From positions 4,703,795-4,767,794 of the forward strand of contig CAJINV010000006.1 of assembly GCA_905178155.1 (NCBI GenBank): DNA of 64,000 nucleotides, read 5' to 3'. How positions within the stretch are numbered: the stretch's first letter is position 1; the number at the start of each line of letters is the position of its first letter. This document shows, piece after piece, positions 12,272-25,800 of the stretch. The translations under genes were made by a program, and so were the position numbers. Under the pieces are notes generated by a model. That model searched no databases. It saw nothing but the letters and a program-made list of their open reading frames with translations, and was not told the DNA's origin. Origin of the DNA: Amoebophrya sp. A120. Lineage: Eukaryota > Protista > Dinoflagellata.

Positions 12272-15200
12272 ATGACGTCTCCTACGCCGGATGCTATTCC
12301 CGCTCTATCTCTCCCGCAAGAAGAACCGCAAGAGCAGCAGCAGGAAGAGCTTCTCCACGATCAAGATTCCGGTCCGCGCGACGTGTCTATCTCCTGAAAA
12401 CTAACCATCCCTAGTATGATCCAATTTGTCATGCAAAAGTAAAAGATGTAGTCAGTTCTGTTTTTGTCATGCATGATGATGCAGAAAATGGATGGGGATG
12501 GTTCATTTTCAGGGAATAATGTCTTTCCAACTGGAAGAAGCTGTATCAAGTGTAAAAAAGTCTGGGTCTGGAAGGTTGGAGCTTGTGATGCTAACTCTGG
12601 ACTCTGAAAAAATCTGTATTGCATGATCACCAAGAGGAGCCTACTTTGTGCTAAGGGGGGAAGGCATTTGTCATGCGGATTAGGCATCAGGAAGCCCCCT
12701 TAGAATCTGCGATGCTAAGTCATGCATTACAGACATCCTGGGCCATGCAAAAGAAGCATGATAAACCCGGCAAAATTCCAGACCCAGACATTTTTGCATT
12801 TGATAAGCGGTAATCGAAAACGAAACCTCCAAAAGCAGCATTCGAGAACCCGAAGACGGTGTTGATGATGAACGCGGGAACCATCGTCCTGGCGATAATT
12901 TTTCCAAACCCGCAACAAAAACGACACGTACACGAAGTCGAAAGATAGCACCCACAAGTAGCTCACCATATTGTTCTAAATCGGCATCGTCTTCTGCTCC
13001 AAAATTATTCACCGCGAATGGCAAGGAGAAAAGCGGTTGGCAAGCAAACAGAAATGATCGGCGAAGAACGACAAAGAGCACGGCAGCGGGGGATCATGAT
13101 GGTGCCGATGCGGACAGCGATGGAGGTGGCAGTAGAGCTAGTGGCTCTACTCCTCGCGAGATGAACTACGAGAGCAGCAACGGCTCTTCCCTCAGTCTGA
13201 CTTCTTCATCTGACGACAATGCAAAAGCGCAGAATGATCACGACAATCGTCCCCAGCCTCCAGAACTACCGTGTACAGGAGCGCCTAGAAATAAAGGTTC
13301 GGGCGAGCAACTGAAATTTGTTCTGCGAGACCGAGGGAGCAAAAGTAAAAAACGCAGTACAGGTGGTGGTCACGGTCAACATCACGCTCGTGGAACGGAT
13401 GTGTGTGGAACAACCGGTGCAGGAAAGAAAAACAAAAAATCCTCTCCTCACAAACCTTCACATCCACAACATCGAAGGTCCAAGCCAGCCACATCTGGGC
13501 GCACCACGGCGAGAGGCCACCAGCATGGGAGCAATAAGCCATCATCTACTACAGCATCAAACCGTCACGATCATCACAAAAACACGACCAATAAAGAGGA
13601 CGATTTCACAATCGCGATGCGGTACCTGGTGAAAGCCCCCATTCGAGCTGCAAGATTTTGCTTCTCCGAGATTTTCGAAGGGAGTGGCGTGTTTTTGGAG
13701 GAAGACGAGGAGGATTTTTACAAGTACAGAAAGAACACCGGCAGGACAAGGCGGAGAACAACAAGTCGGGGAAGAAGCACCAGTGAAAGAAGAGCTGCAC
13801 CACGACGAGCACCACCACGTATTCATCGAAGGATGAATAAACAAGAGCCTTCATCCAGTCCCGAAATCACCACTTCAAAGCGCGGCGGTGGCAGAGCTGG
13901 AAATCGGGAAGATGATGTTGATCGAAACCGAAAGCTACGATTTGATGAGGAAAATAAACGGAGAAATTTCAATGCAGATGAATCCACAGGAGCTCCTCCT
14001 GCTCCCCTTCGACTAGGGCTAACCGACGATGAGCAGAGCTTTCTGATGAAGCACAAAAACGAAGAAACTATTTCGTTTCAAATGCCAGGAGGAGGACAAG
14101 AAGACCCCATCAATCTCGATCGGTCGGGGTTCTTGAACAACAGTTCGGTGAACAGAAGCCGCGGGACCATGACGAATAGCATAAGTACAACATCCAGCAA
14201 TAGCTTTGTTCGTCGAGTATGAAATGCAAAAGCATCGCGCTAGTGGAATCGCATGAAAAATTCCCTCAGCATGAAAAATGGAATTTGTAATGCGGATTTA
14301 GATTATTAAGGAGGAGATTTGTAATGCATGACTTCTACGAGTACGATACTTTTTCACAGGATAACGAGGAGCGCATGACAACTTTTCCGATGATCCAGCA
14401 GCCGCCAGCGAAATTTCCAGTTTTGTGGACTTGCAGCTGGCGGCGGTATTGCACCAGAGAATAGGGAGAATTTTGAAACAAGCAAAGAAACGAACTGGTA
14501 ATTCTTCCTCCTCTTCCGCATCAAGAACTACATCGGACGACTTGCAAAAAGAGGACCAAAAAGCGAGGAGAGCAGTTTTCAAAATCCTCGAAACCGCGCT
14601 GGCCACTGCTTGCGCGACGAGTACGAGCGCGAGTAGTGGCAAGAAGTCTGCCAGCACCAGCAGTACTAGCGGTAATAAAGCCACAACCTTCAACCCCACC
14701 CGCCTGCAGTTCGCGGCAAAATTGGCCCAGATTCAGAACAAAACCTTCCTCGCGTTTCTTCTCCACGTGTATTTCGATTTCGAACCTGGCATGGGGACGA
14801 GTAGTTGGTTTGGGAACGTGCATATGCACTGCAAAAGTATCGTACTCGTACTAATTGGACTTATGCATTACAATTTTTTTTCTTAAGGTAGATCCGCATT
14901 ACAAAAAATTTAATCTGTAATGCTGAGCAAATTTGTATTGCGATTTCTACTAGTACGATGCTTTTGCAATCCATAGCGCAACTCCCGTATTTCTACGGAA
15001 CCAGTTCCTACGTCGGGCTAGAAACCGGGGCATCAACAGCGGGACGAAGTGGAGGCGGGGGTTTAGGTCTTCGGTGTACTAGCAGTAGCACCTCCGCTAG
15101 CACCAACTCGATAAACGTCAAGTCCCTTGTCGACACGCTTTCCTTCGTGTTAAAAGACCGGATGTATCCACAGTAAATTTCATCTTCCCGTACTACACGT

Positions 15201-16693
15201 TCAACTGCGGTTTCCGCATGACAAACCTTTCCACTAAATCCTATGACACCATGACAAGCGCGATGGTGAAAGATCATGTGATGCAGTTTGTGCACGCGTG
15301 CGGGAAGTTTGTGTTGCATAGGATGGCGAAGGACAGAGACGGGTTTTTCGAAGACGAAAACAACGTGACGGTCGCGAAAGGGATGCTGCGTCTGTTCGCG
15401 TTCTGCCCCCTGGACCCCTGGGGATACCTCGGCTACTGCTCCATGACGAACAATTTCAAGACGCGGGCGAGGCTGTATTGGATATAAATGATGATGCGTG
15501 ACTTGAACTTGTGATGCAGAAGCATTTTGAGTAGTCTTCTCTGTCATGCACGTTCGCCATTATTTCAACACATTTCCATTATGTGCAAAAACCCACCCTC
15601 TACTTCTATCTTCAGGTCTCTGGAAGTCCGCGCCATTTTGCTTCCCCTGCATTCCACCGTCTTTGTAGAAGAAATTACCCTGACGAAAGAAGAGGATCAC
15701 GACTTCATCAGGAATTCGAAATTTCAGACGAAAGACCTAGCAGCAGGAGGACCAGGACCTGGACCAGCAGCAGGAGTAGCAGCTGCAGCTTCATCGCACT
15801 ACAACAAATCATTACCCCACCATTCCGAGATCGGGTACCTAACTCCTATTCCCCGCCACGCGGAGTCTCTAAACATGGAAAACGACGATTTACTGGCTCC
15901 GACTCCTTGGACGCCGGAGGAACAATATCGACACGGGGATGAAGTAGATCATTTTCACGACCAGTTGTACTATGGAGGAGAAGAGGAGGAGGTAAATGTA
16001 AATCTAAATCCGCGGTTTCAAAGTTTTTTCCGGAACAACGTCCGAAGTAGTACGGGAACGAATGTTGGCGGGAAGAAAAGTCAAAGAGGGAACAACTACA
16101 AAGTTTGCGGGGACTTTCATCATGGAGGACGAGCTGGCTCTGGAGGTTCCAAGAACTACTGCAACAACTTCAATGCCTCTTCGTCTTCCAAGAAAACGAT
16201 TTTATCAAACGCAAAAGCTGCATCGCACAGGCACAACTCGTATTAATCGCAGTCATGCATAACAGATTCATGAAGACCTGACGGAAGTCAGCATTACAAA
16301 CTGCTTTTCATCTTCTCTCGGACAAAGAACTTGTATTGCGATTTCTACTAATGCGGTCCTCACGTTTTTGCGATGCATAGATCTCAACTAACGACAACAC
16401 GGAAGACGGAGTCTTCGATTCGGACGACGAGGTGGGCGGATTGAGAGGCTTGTTGCCGAAAAAGATGCTGCAGGCCATGCAGTATGCATTGCAAAAGTAT
16501 CGTACTACAACTACTAGTGTCAATCGCATTACAAATTTGATGATCAGCATGAAAAATGGAGTTTGTCATGGTGTTTCACCTTGAGAAGAAGATTTGTCAT
16601 GCATATACTGCAATGTATGAGTGCGAGTGCGATGCTTTTGCGTAGGATATGCAGCAAACGAGTTCTTCGAGTGAGGAGGAGGATTCGGATTGA
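12272..16693 (+). CDS. Hypothetical protein (7 introners plus one probable GT-AG intron 15475-15615)
   Basis: Frame restored at every junction from MTSPTPDAIP to SSSEEEDSD*. No domain recognised. Confidence 0.6.
12388..12518. mobile_element. Introner family C
   Basis: DR gtgtc/atgtc. Confidence 0.8.
12544..12805. mobile_element. Introner family B
   Basis: DR agctg/agcgg. Confidence 0.88.
14218..14363. mobile_element. Introner family A
   Basis: DR tcgag/acgag. Confidence 0.88.
14823..14975. mobile_element. Introner family A
   Basis: DR gtgca/gcgca. Confidence 0.88.
15165..15320. mobile_element. Introner family G (TATCCACAGTAAATTT..CCCG)
   Basis: DR ggatg/ggatg. Confidence 0.85.
16203..16379. 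mobile_element. Introner family A, degenerate
   Basis: DR gattt/gatct. Confidence 0.75.
16483..16649. mobile_element. Introner family A
   Basis: DR tgcag/tgcag. Confidence 0.9.
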
Positions 16694-18602
16694 AGTGTTT
16701 CTTTCCAAAACAAGCAAAGCCTCATGAGTGGAAAGTAATCAGCTTTCATCGGCTTTTGTAGTATCCATCTGTGAAGACCAACAATACGATTTTGCTTCTT
16801 CCGGTATCTTGAACTTGCGATTTTTTGTAGAATTTCACTTTTTACTTGTTTCTGTTTTGTTTCCCACCAGGATGAAATTGTGTGAAAGATGACCTACTCC
16901 TCTATGTACTTAGGCCACAAGTGTTATTTCGTCTCAGTGTTGTTTCAGCTCCGTTGTGGTCATCACGCGAAGTAGAGCACTGGATTACAACGCGAAAAAT
17001 CTACAACAAAACACCGCCTGGCAGTATCGTTTCCTGGGACTCCGAAGTTGAACATGTCGGCGATGTCTCTGCACGACTTTGCTCTCAAATGTGTTGCCAC
17101 TTAAGTGTTTTGGTTCATCGCGCTGCAAGCTGAAGCTGGCGTAGGCTGCTATGTCTTCTTTTTGTTTTCACGGTGCGAATTCGAGTAGTAGTACCTGCGT
17201 GCCGAGTCTTTGCAGACTGATTAACATCAAAAGGAGTGCGAGGTGGGAGTGAGCAGACCTACAGACTAGAGGCACGCGTGAGTACATGCGCACTGAGGCT
17301 ACGAGAAGCAAAGAGAACGCCAAAGCTGCCTCGCTGTGTGCGTTGGGTTTGTTGTCTTGTTATCGTCTTGCAAGCAGCCGCGTCGCTGAGTTGCGAACTA
17401 CTTAGAATGATGAGCGCCGCGCTGCAAACGGCGCGCGCCGGCCTGCGCCTGGGCGGGCCTACCTTGTGGGCCTGTTGGCCGGTATTGGCCGTCGTCTGTT
17501 GCTTCATGCTTCCGCGACCTTCCAAGCGGGCGGGCGGGGCCGCCCTCTTTGGTTCGGTGTTGTTCCGCTGCCCCGGCCCGTTGTTCCAGCGAGCGCAAAG
17601 TTCCGGGCCCGCCTCGTTCCCAGCCAAGGGCGATGGCCCGGGGGGCCGTTGTGTTGGCCCTGCCTAGAGGAGGCCGATATCATGCAACCCAGCGCGCAGG
17701 GGCGACCAGGAACAGGAACAACGCGCGCCGCCCCCGCGCCTCCCCGTCCCCTTATTTTGGCCCGGCGCCCTATATATTGCCGGGCCCCTTTGGCCGGCCG
17801 TGGGGCGCCGCTTTGTGCGCCCGCATGAATGTGGGCGCGCCAAGCAGGAGGCCCGCGACTGCTCGGCTCCGCCCCCCGGGCTGGTGGCTTTGTGTTGCGA
17901 GCGCGCGGCGCACGCGCGGAGCCGATTGCCCTTGGTGGCTTTGTGTAATGTTAATGTATGCATGCAGATAGCGCGTGGGCCCGGTAGTGTGGTAGCATCT
18001 TGGTTGCAGCCGGGGCGCCCCCGATCGGTCGCTCTTTCTTTCTACGTAAAGTAGGCATCGTTGGGCTTTTGTGTATTGCGCGCACACAAAGGCTGTCTGC
18101 CGCCAGCCTGCGCTTTGGTAGATTTTCCTTGCCAGCGACTGGAGCTGCGTGTCCTGCTCGTTGGACGAATGCGACGGGCCGCATCCCAAATATCGGTCGG
18201 AAGAACGATTCGAGCCCAAATACCTTATGCCGCGAGCAGAACCCCAGTCACAAGGTGGTCTGGCTCAGCTAAACCGATTTCACCGACCGCAGTGGAATTT
18301 TTGGCGTATGAAAAATCGCCATAGGCGTAGTCTGTGTTCCGTTTCAGTGTAATCTCGGAATTCTGTTGAGGTTTAGCGTCGGCGTCTGGCGATCCATCTT
18401 GGAAAGTTGTCTCGACCGGAGGTAAGGTGGGTCCCCTGGGTAGAAGATTGCGCTCAGTGATATGGTGTGTGGTTTACAGACATCCAACCCTCCTGCCAAC
18501 ACGTTTTGAGGAACACGCTGAAGCTTCCTCGAACATGTGAGGACTGGTCAAAGACCCGCCGTGGACTGAGACAGCAAGTCGTCCTCGCGCAACTCTACTG
18601 CG

Positions 18603-21600
18603 ATGTCCAGTCTCACGGCAAGCAGCGCAGTGGCCACCAGCACGCCGCACTCCCGCATGAACCCGACCCTTCTACAGACGCTTCCTGGAGGTCAAGACGA
18701 CTCGCAAACAGTGGAAAAGGCCACATGTTCGCCGCAACTCTCAGCTACTTCAACCACCACCACCACCACCACCACTCAACACCAGCCCCTCGACCAAAAA
18801 GAGCTCTGCCGTGTCCTCCTCGGCAGCCTGTCTGGGGAAAATTGGCGTATACGCCATTCCTTCGTGCTCGGTTGGAACGACTACCCTCTGGCGACGACTC
18901 AACAACTGGTAGAACGGTCGTTCAAGAAGGTGCTCGCGAGAGCAGGGCTGCTCGGAGGAGGTGTATCCTGTGCAAAAGTATCGTACTCGTAGTAATCGCA
19001 GTCATGCAATGCAAATTTTCATCTCAACTCAAGGCAAAACAGCATTACAAATTCCATTTTTCATGCGGAGCTAATTTGTAATGCGATTACTACTAGTAAG
19101 ACTACGATGCTTTTGCACTTCATAAGGTGGTCGTGGTGGTGATCCTCCTGGGCAGACAGAAGGGGAAGAAGAACAAGAAGAAGTTGTTCCTGCTGGTGAT
19201 GATGTTGATGCAAATAATCTTAATCCAAATAATGCCGACGTAGTGGTAGTTCATGAAAACAACACCACGACGTCTCCGGCGCAGCATCAAAACTCCATCA
19301 GGAGTGTTACCTCCGCGTCCGCAACAAAAATCCAAAGCAGCAGATCTCCCCGAGCAGGAGGTGGGACCACTCTAGTACCAAATTATGCTGACCTCCAAAC
19401 GCAAGAACTCCAAATCCACAAAACCAAATCGAGTAGCCGTCCTTCCTCCCGCGCAGCGCTGTTGAAAAATCAGGGAAACAACAACAAAATCACGGAAAGA
19501 CAGCTCTCGCTCATTCTGGACGATTTGTTCCGGCGGTCGCAAAGTTACGACGAATTTCAACTTTTACGGACGAGAACTGCTGGCTGTGGTGGAAGTTTAC
19601 TCTCCAGAACGAGAATCGGGCCGGTGAGCAGCTCGTTATTCGCAGCTTCGTCTCGTAGTTCGCCAAGCAGCAAGGGTCCAGTTTCCACTAGGAACGCCGG
19701 GGTAGCAGGAGGGGTAGTCGCAGTCGCACCAGCTTCGAGTACAACATCAACACTGAATCAGAAACAAGATGATCATACTGTGCTAGATCCTGACGTCGCC
19801 CTATCAAACGCCGCAGTTGTCGACTTGTACCTGCTCGACGACAATGTTCTGGATGTGGAGCTGGTGATCGATCAGGTGCAGGCATTTCTGGGCATTAGAA
19901 TCAACGTGATTTCCGCCACATCAGCATCATCTTCTTCCCCAGCAGCTGCAGCTGCCGGCGGACCCACGACCGGCGGTGGCGCGGCAGTACTAGATCCTCG
20001 GGCCTCCTCTCCTTCTTCACCTCCTGCTTCGCCGACCAGTCCTAACGCTCCGATCGGACAGAAGCGAGTTTCTATTTCACGACAAGCGACCGCCGTCGCC
20101 GGTTCTTCTTCAGTTGTAACTACATTGTCATCTGGAGCAACTACAACTTCATTAAATGTTGACACAGCCAACAGCTCTACAACAACTTCAAAGCTGAGCA
20201 ACAACGCGATTCGCTGTAATGCCATCGCCCAGGGCTGTATCGTGAGAAACAACCTAAGCCGCGGCAGAAACATCAACCGAAACACACCTTCTTCCATGAC
20301 CAAACGGGGGCAGCCGGTGGTGGACGGGAACTTGGCGTTGAACTTGATCGAGCACGACAGAACGAAACACTTGCAAAAACTAAACACGAGAGCGGAGAAC
20401 GGGGAGGGGAGAAATTTGTGCGCTCTGGCGCTGACCAGTTTTGAAGTAGTGGGTAGCACGAAAAGCAGTAGTGGGAAGGATAGCGGGCTGACTGGTGGAG
20501 GTGTTGTTCTTGCAGGTGGAGGCGCCGCGAACCAGAACTCTTCCGTCGTCGGTGCAGGAGCTATGACAGTGCACAACTCTCCCTCCCCCACGTTTGTCAT
20601 GCAAAATCCCAAATCCGCCGCCCTTTTCTCTTTGGCACTTCTTGCATGAAAGGTTTCAGAAGCCGAAACAGCACTAGAACCGATCGGGAATTTCTCATGC
20701 AAAAGCTGCATTTATGCCAGCACTTGTGTTGCTGCTTATGCCCTTCAAATGAGCAGGATTGGGGGAGCTGTGTGTTGTCATAGCAGCAGGAGAAACCTTC
20801 CGGCGTCGAAGATCGTTGACGACGGGCACGATTCCGGAGGACGGCCGGCTTGTTGGAAGTGGAACGGCAGCCAGTCGAATCCCAGGTCTCTACGCAGCCT
20901 CGAACACTGCAGCAAAGTCAGGAACAAAGCCTCCTCCAGGAGCCATGTTCTTGACAGCAACAACTCCAAATAGTTTCAACACCCATCAGAGCCAGCGCGG
21001 CTCTGCGTCTTGTGTCTCTTTTGACGACGAAAAGCGGATTGCGGTTTTGTCCACAACAGGGCTCTCTTCCGCGACTGCGGGAGGGACGAGTAAGAACCAA
21101 CCACAGGAGCAAAAGCGGACAACGGCGAGCAACAGCGATACGGTTCGGAAACCGATCAAAGTGACGAATTTGATCCGAATTTTGACGAGAGAAGTGCTGT
21201 TCCTTTGCGGGTTTAAACTGTGTTTTCTCTACCAGTGCCTGATGAATCCGACCCGGGAAGACATGGCAATTGTGAAAAACAACCAAAGTAGCGCAGCTTC
21301 TATTGCACAGAATTATCATCTTCATTCCCACACAGATGTGGGCGGGACAACTGCTGGTCATGGATCTGGTTCATCAGCGGTATCACCCTCAAATAACCCT
21401 CCTGCGACGAACAACAACGCGAGTACCATTATGAAGGCCTCGGAGCAGACCATGCAGCAGCATTTTGAATATGCAGACAAAAAAGTGCTACAGTTACACA
21501 CTGTGTTGCAAGACCGGCAACAGAGAAAACCTTTCTCATGCAGGAAATGCTTGGGGGCCTCGTTTCCCTCCTGTTTTCCCTTACGATCTTCGCATTACAA

Positions 21601-22043
21601 GTCTTCTCTGCCACACAAAGAAAATTTGTGTTGCTGAAGTTACAACAAATGTGTAACTGTAAGACTTTTTGCTTGTGATATTGAACAGTTGGGGAAGAAC
21701 ATGTGCCGGCTGTGCCCGATTTGCACGAGAAAGTTGCTGTTGTTGAATGGGCAGGATCCATTGAACCGGTTTTGTTGCGCGGAAAATATGTATTGCAAAA
21801 CTAACATACTACTTGCTTCTGCTTGGTACAACTTGCATTACAAAGTTTCTCTGCTTGGAGAATGGAGTTTGCCATGCTGATTTGCCTTGGGAAGCAGATT
21901 TGTCATGCAGATCTGCAAGTAGTACGAGTGCGATACTTTTGCAGTTCATAGAAAAGGGATTGCAGCAACTCTTTCCGGCGGAAGCGGGGGAGTTGCGGCT
22001 GCAGGCGGAAAAAGTCGGGTGTCCGACGCAGGGGGCGAGCTGA
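18603..22043 (+). CDS. Hypothetical Ser/Thr-rich protein with a Cys-rich C-terminal segment (CRLCPIC..RFCC)
   Basis: ORFs 18603, 19243, 20759, 21689 and 21813 join in frame after removing 4 introners. Confidence 0.6.
18964..19124. mobile_element. Introner family A
   Basis: DR aggtg/aggtg. Confidence 0.9.
20562..20782. mobile_element. Introner family E
   Basis: DR ggagc/gcagc. Confidence 0.85.
21470..21680. mobile_element. Introner family H (TAT..AAAAAGT..TACAGTTACAC)
   Basis: DR ttgaa/ttgaa. Confidence 0.85.
21787..21950. mobile_element. Introner family A
   Basis: DR gaaaa/gaaaa. Confidence 0.88.
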
Positions 22044-22055
22044 GAAGGAGGAGCT

Positions 22056-22145
22056 AAAAAAGTATCGAACTCGTATTGCAATCATGCATTACAAATTTTT
22101 TTCTCAAGGTAAATCCGCACTACAAATTTTATTTCTCATGCTGAG
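22056..22145. mobile_element. Truncated family A remnant just after a stop codon
   Basis: aaaaagtatcgaactcgtattgcaatcatgcattacaaa..ctcatgctgag with no termini. Confidence 0.75.
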
Positions 22146-22836
22146 TTGAGAAAAAGGAGCTCTTGCGCTAGGTTTTTTTTTCGACGCTTTATGGTGAGTT
22201 AGAAAGTGGTGTGTGAAGACGAAGTAGAAGTGAAGTCTGCGTTTATTTTGCTAGTACATTTTTCGAAATCACAAAAAAGGCACAAAGAAATAGTATCAGT
22301 GCGCGTGATGTTATTGGAAATGAAGGCTCTGCAGTAAGTACATGATAATGCGCGCCTTGCAAAAAGGCTTCGGCTTGTGGTTGAGACAGTGGAGGCACCT
22401 AGCTCAATTGATGGTCTGAAATTGTGCCTCGGATTCCTATTTGGGTTAGCTACTGGCACGACCGCGAGGAAGTCAGAGGACGACTTCGCACCGGTGCGTC
22501 ACGTAGTTCCTCCTTTCCGACAGCGCGGAGTTTTGTTCGTGATGTTGTGCGCTGCGGCTGGAGGTATCTCGTCGCCAGCACTGCTTTGGCTTGGCAGGTG
22601 CTGTCGTGTGCGGGATTTCGCCATTCCCCGACCTGATAGATAAAGTAGTAGAAACCTAGTAGGCAAACCTACGTGGTGATGAAATAAAGTGTCGTCAATG
22701 TTGTATATGTAGTCGAGGAGGTCTTCTTGTTGTCTCCTTGCGCGACGTCGCCGAAAGAACCACTACTAAAGTAAACAAGAAGGAAGATGAAGATTCCGTT
22801 GTTCCACATCACAGTTTAGAAAGAGGAAACCAAGAA

Positions 22837-25800
22837 ATGGCATCATCCTCCCCCTCCCCCCTGGAAACTTTCATCCAAGCCAACCACGCCCGCCTTTCCC
22901 AGGATATCACAGGAAAAAGTGTTAACGTTTAGCGGAATTTCTGATGCGGCAATGCTAATGCATCGCAAAGCGTGCCCAAATTTGTCATGCATAGCATGCG
23001 CACTAAAGATAGATAGATAGAAAGGCTAAATTTGTGACGCATGGCTGCAATCTGTGAAAACCGTAAACGCTAACGCTTTTTCTGGTGATACCGGATGCCC
23101 TCGCAGTCGGCCTCGCCCGCGGGATCGGCATGTTCCCCGACCCGGAAGGAACCTCAAACACAGACACAGAGAACCAAAATCACGGTCGCAGCAAAGCGAA
23201 TTCCCTCGGGTACGCCCTGACCCCCCACCCGATCCCGAAAAACGGCTACCGTTTTCTGGCTCAGGAAGGCACGCCGCTCAACGTTCTGCTCTACGACGCG
23301 CTTTGTCACGAGCCGGAGGAATTCCTCTACCCCGCGCTGAAAAAAGCCGCAGAGGTGGATGAAATTACGAAAAATTTGATCGACATCGGGAAGAAAATCT
23401 ACAACAACAGCACACGACAGTATAAGAATGAACTCCGGATGTTCATCGTCCGGAACGACTTCATGATCGATCACGATTTCACGCTGAAGCAGATCGAACT
23501 CATATCATTTGTAAAATCGTCCCCACCCGCCCAGAGTCAAGGTTGAAAATGATCTTCTGCTGGACAAATCCACGAGCTGTGGTTGTGGCGCATGACAAGT
23601 TCCGGATCGAAGTGTAGTCGTGTTCAGCACCTAGTTCGGCAGCATCACAGATCCAAGACATTTGCCTGATTCGAGCATCACAAGTGCAGAAATACCCTTG
23701 GAAAACATTTGTAATGGGGCTCCACATGAGAAACATTGTAAGCATGCAGATTTGCATGACAAATCTGCGGTGGGGACGTTTTCACTCAGGATAACCCAAC
23801 ACCTTCGCGGCGTCGTTTCAGGGCATGAGCGACGAGGTGCAGTGGATGCAAGGGTATTTCGCCAAAAAGTGGTTTGGAGGAAGAGCTTATCAAATGTATA
23901 AAATGTCTGGGTCTGGAAGGTTGGCTTGTGATGCTAACTTTGGACTCTAAAAAAATCTGTATTGCATGACCAGCAAGAGGAGTCTAGTTTGTGCTATGCG
24001 GGGAGGGCATTTGTCATGCGGAGTAGGCATCAGGAAGGCCTCTAAAAATCTGTGACGCCATTACAGACATCCTGGGTCATGCAAAATATGCATGACAAAC
24101 CCGGCAACATTCCAGACCCAGACACTTTTGCACTTGATAGACCTGAGAACCAGAATCTTCTCTCCCATCATCACCAGCCGTGCTTCGCGAGTCAGGAACA
24201 GCAGCAGAAAACGATCATCGCCTGTCGAAAGGGGGAGCGCGAGCAGGTGGATGCGGTAGAAGACGAAATATTCGACGTAAACGCGGAGTTTGCTCAACCG
24301 CAAACCAGAAGTCCATTTTCCTCCACAACGATGGCGGGTTTTGGAACGGCGTTTCGGGATCTGAGGACGGCCTATGAGGCGATGTTTTTCAGTTCAACGA
24401 CAAGCAGAGCTGGTCCTAGCAACGGGAACGGCGCATCAACATCGCCATCTGGTCGAAGATCAGCCTTGACCAACAGTTCCTCAAACAACCCCTTTGCCGT
24501 TCTTTTCATCGCGGATGACGACGAACGAAACGAGCTGGATCACAGGAAGATGTACGAAATGCAAATATGTGTACTTGGTCTGGAATGATCCGAGTTTGTG
24601 ATGCGAATTCTACATCATGACAAAATCTCTCATGTATGGCCAGCAAAAGGCCAGACTTCTTGTCACCGAAAGAGGAGATTTGTCATGTGGATTATGCATT
24701 GGTAATGGTCTGCAGATGCACCAGTGGTGTACCTGCTCGAAGTCTGTGATGCTAGGGCTTGCATTCCAGGCGATCTGGGTCAGGCAAAAACCGCACGACA
24801 AATCTTGCATTCTTCCCTTCCGAGACCACATATCTGCGTTTGATAAGATGGAGCTCGCCATCCTAGAGCACAGCGACATGATCTGCATCCGACGGTCCTT
24901 TGCCGCGGTTTCGGAAGAATTCGCCAACGGAGATTTGGTTCTGGAAGAAGGGAGCAACGCCCTGTACTTTTTCGGGACGGAGGGGAACGGGATGTTAGCG
25001 AGCAGCGGTACGAAAATACATGCGGATTTGCAAGCACAGCATCAGCATGCTCCCTCCCTGAAACCAAAATCCGCAGTGGAAATATGAGAATGCACAACTT
25101 CATCCCCTCGACGTCCCCGTCATTTGTCATGCAAAATACCAAATCCCCCCTTTGCCTGTTGGCACTTTTCGCATTACACGTTCTGGAACATCAAGAAGCT
25201 CAAACAAAACCACAAGCCTTGGTCGTGAATTTGTCATGCAAGATCTGCACGGTTGCCAACGCTTGTATTGCTGTTTGTGCCATGCAAATGATTAAGGGGG
25301 CTGTGCACCTTCATAGGAAATTGTCGCTGTCTACTACCGCTCCGGTTACTGGCTATCCTGTGCAAAAGTATCGTACTCGTAGCAATTGCAATCATGCATC
25401 ACAAATTTTTTTCTCAAGGTAAATCCGCATCACAGATTTTACTTCTCATGCTGAGAAAATTTGTAATGCATTTATACGAGTACGATGCTTTTGCAATTCA
25501 TACTGGCCAGACCACTACAAAAACCCGAAAAACCCGGCGGCTGATTTTTGGGGCGTCCGGTACTTTTTGGAGAAATCTCGCGCGGCGAAAGTTCCCTCTG
25601 TTCTCGGCCAACTGGTCGGGCAAAAGAAGATCCAGCAACTGCTAGCACTGTACGCCAGCGCGAACTTGGACTTCAGGATACGAAGGATTTCCGCAAGTGC
25701 TTCTGCTGGTGCTGGTCAAAGCATGACAGACCGGACCTCAGCGTACCAAAGCCGCAACACAAGTTCCGCGACGATGATCGTGAAACACAGCTACCAAAAG

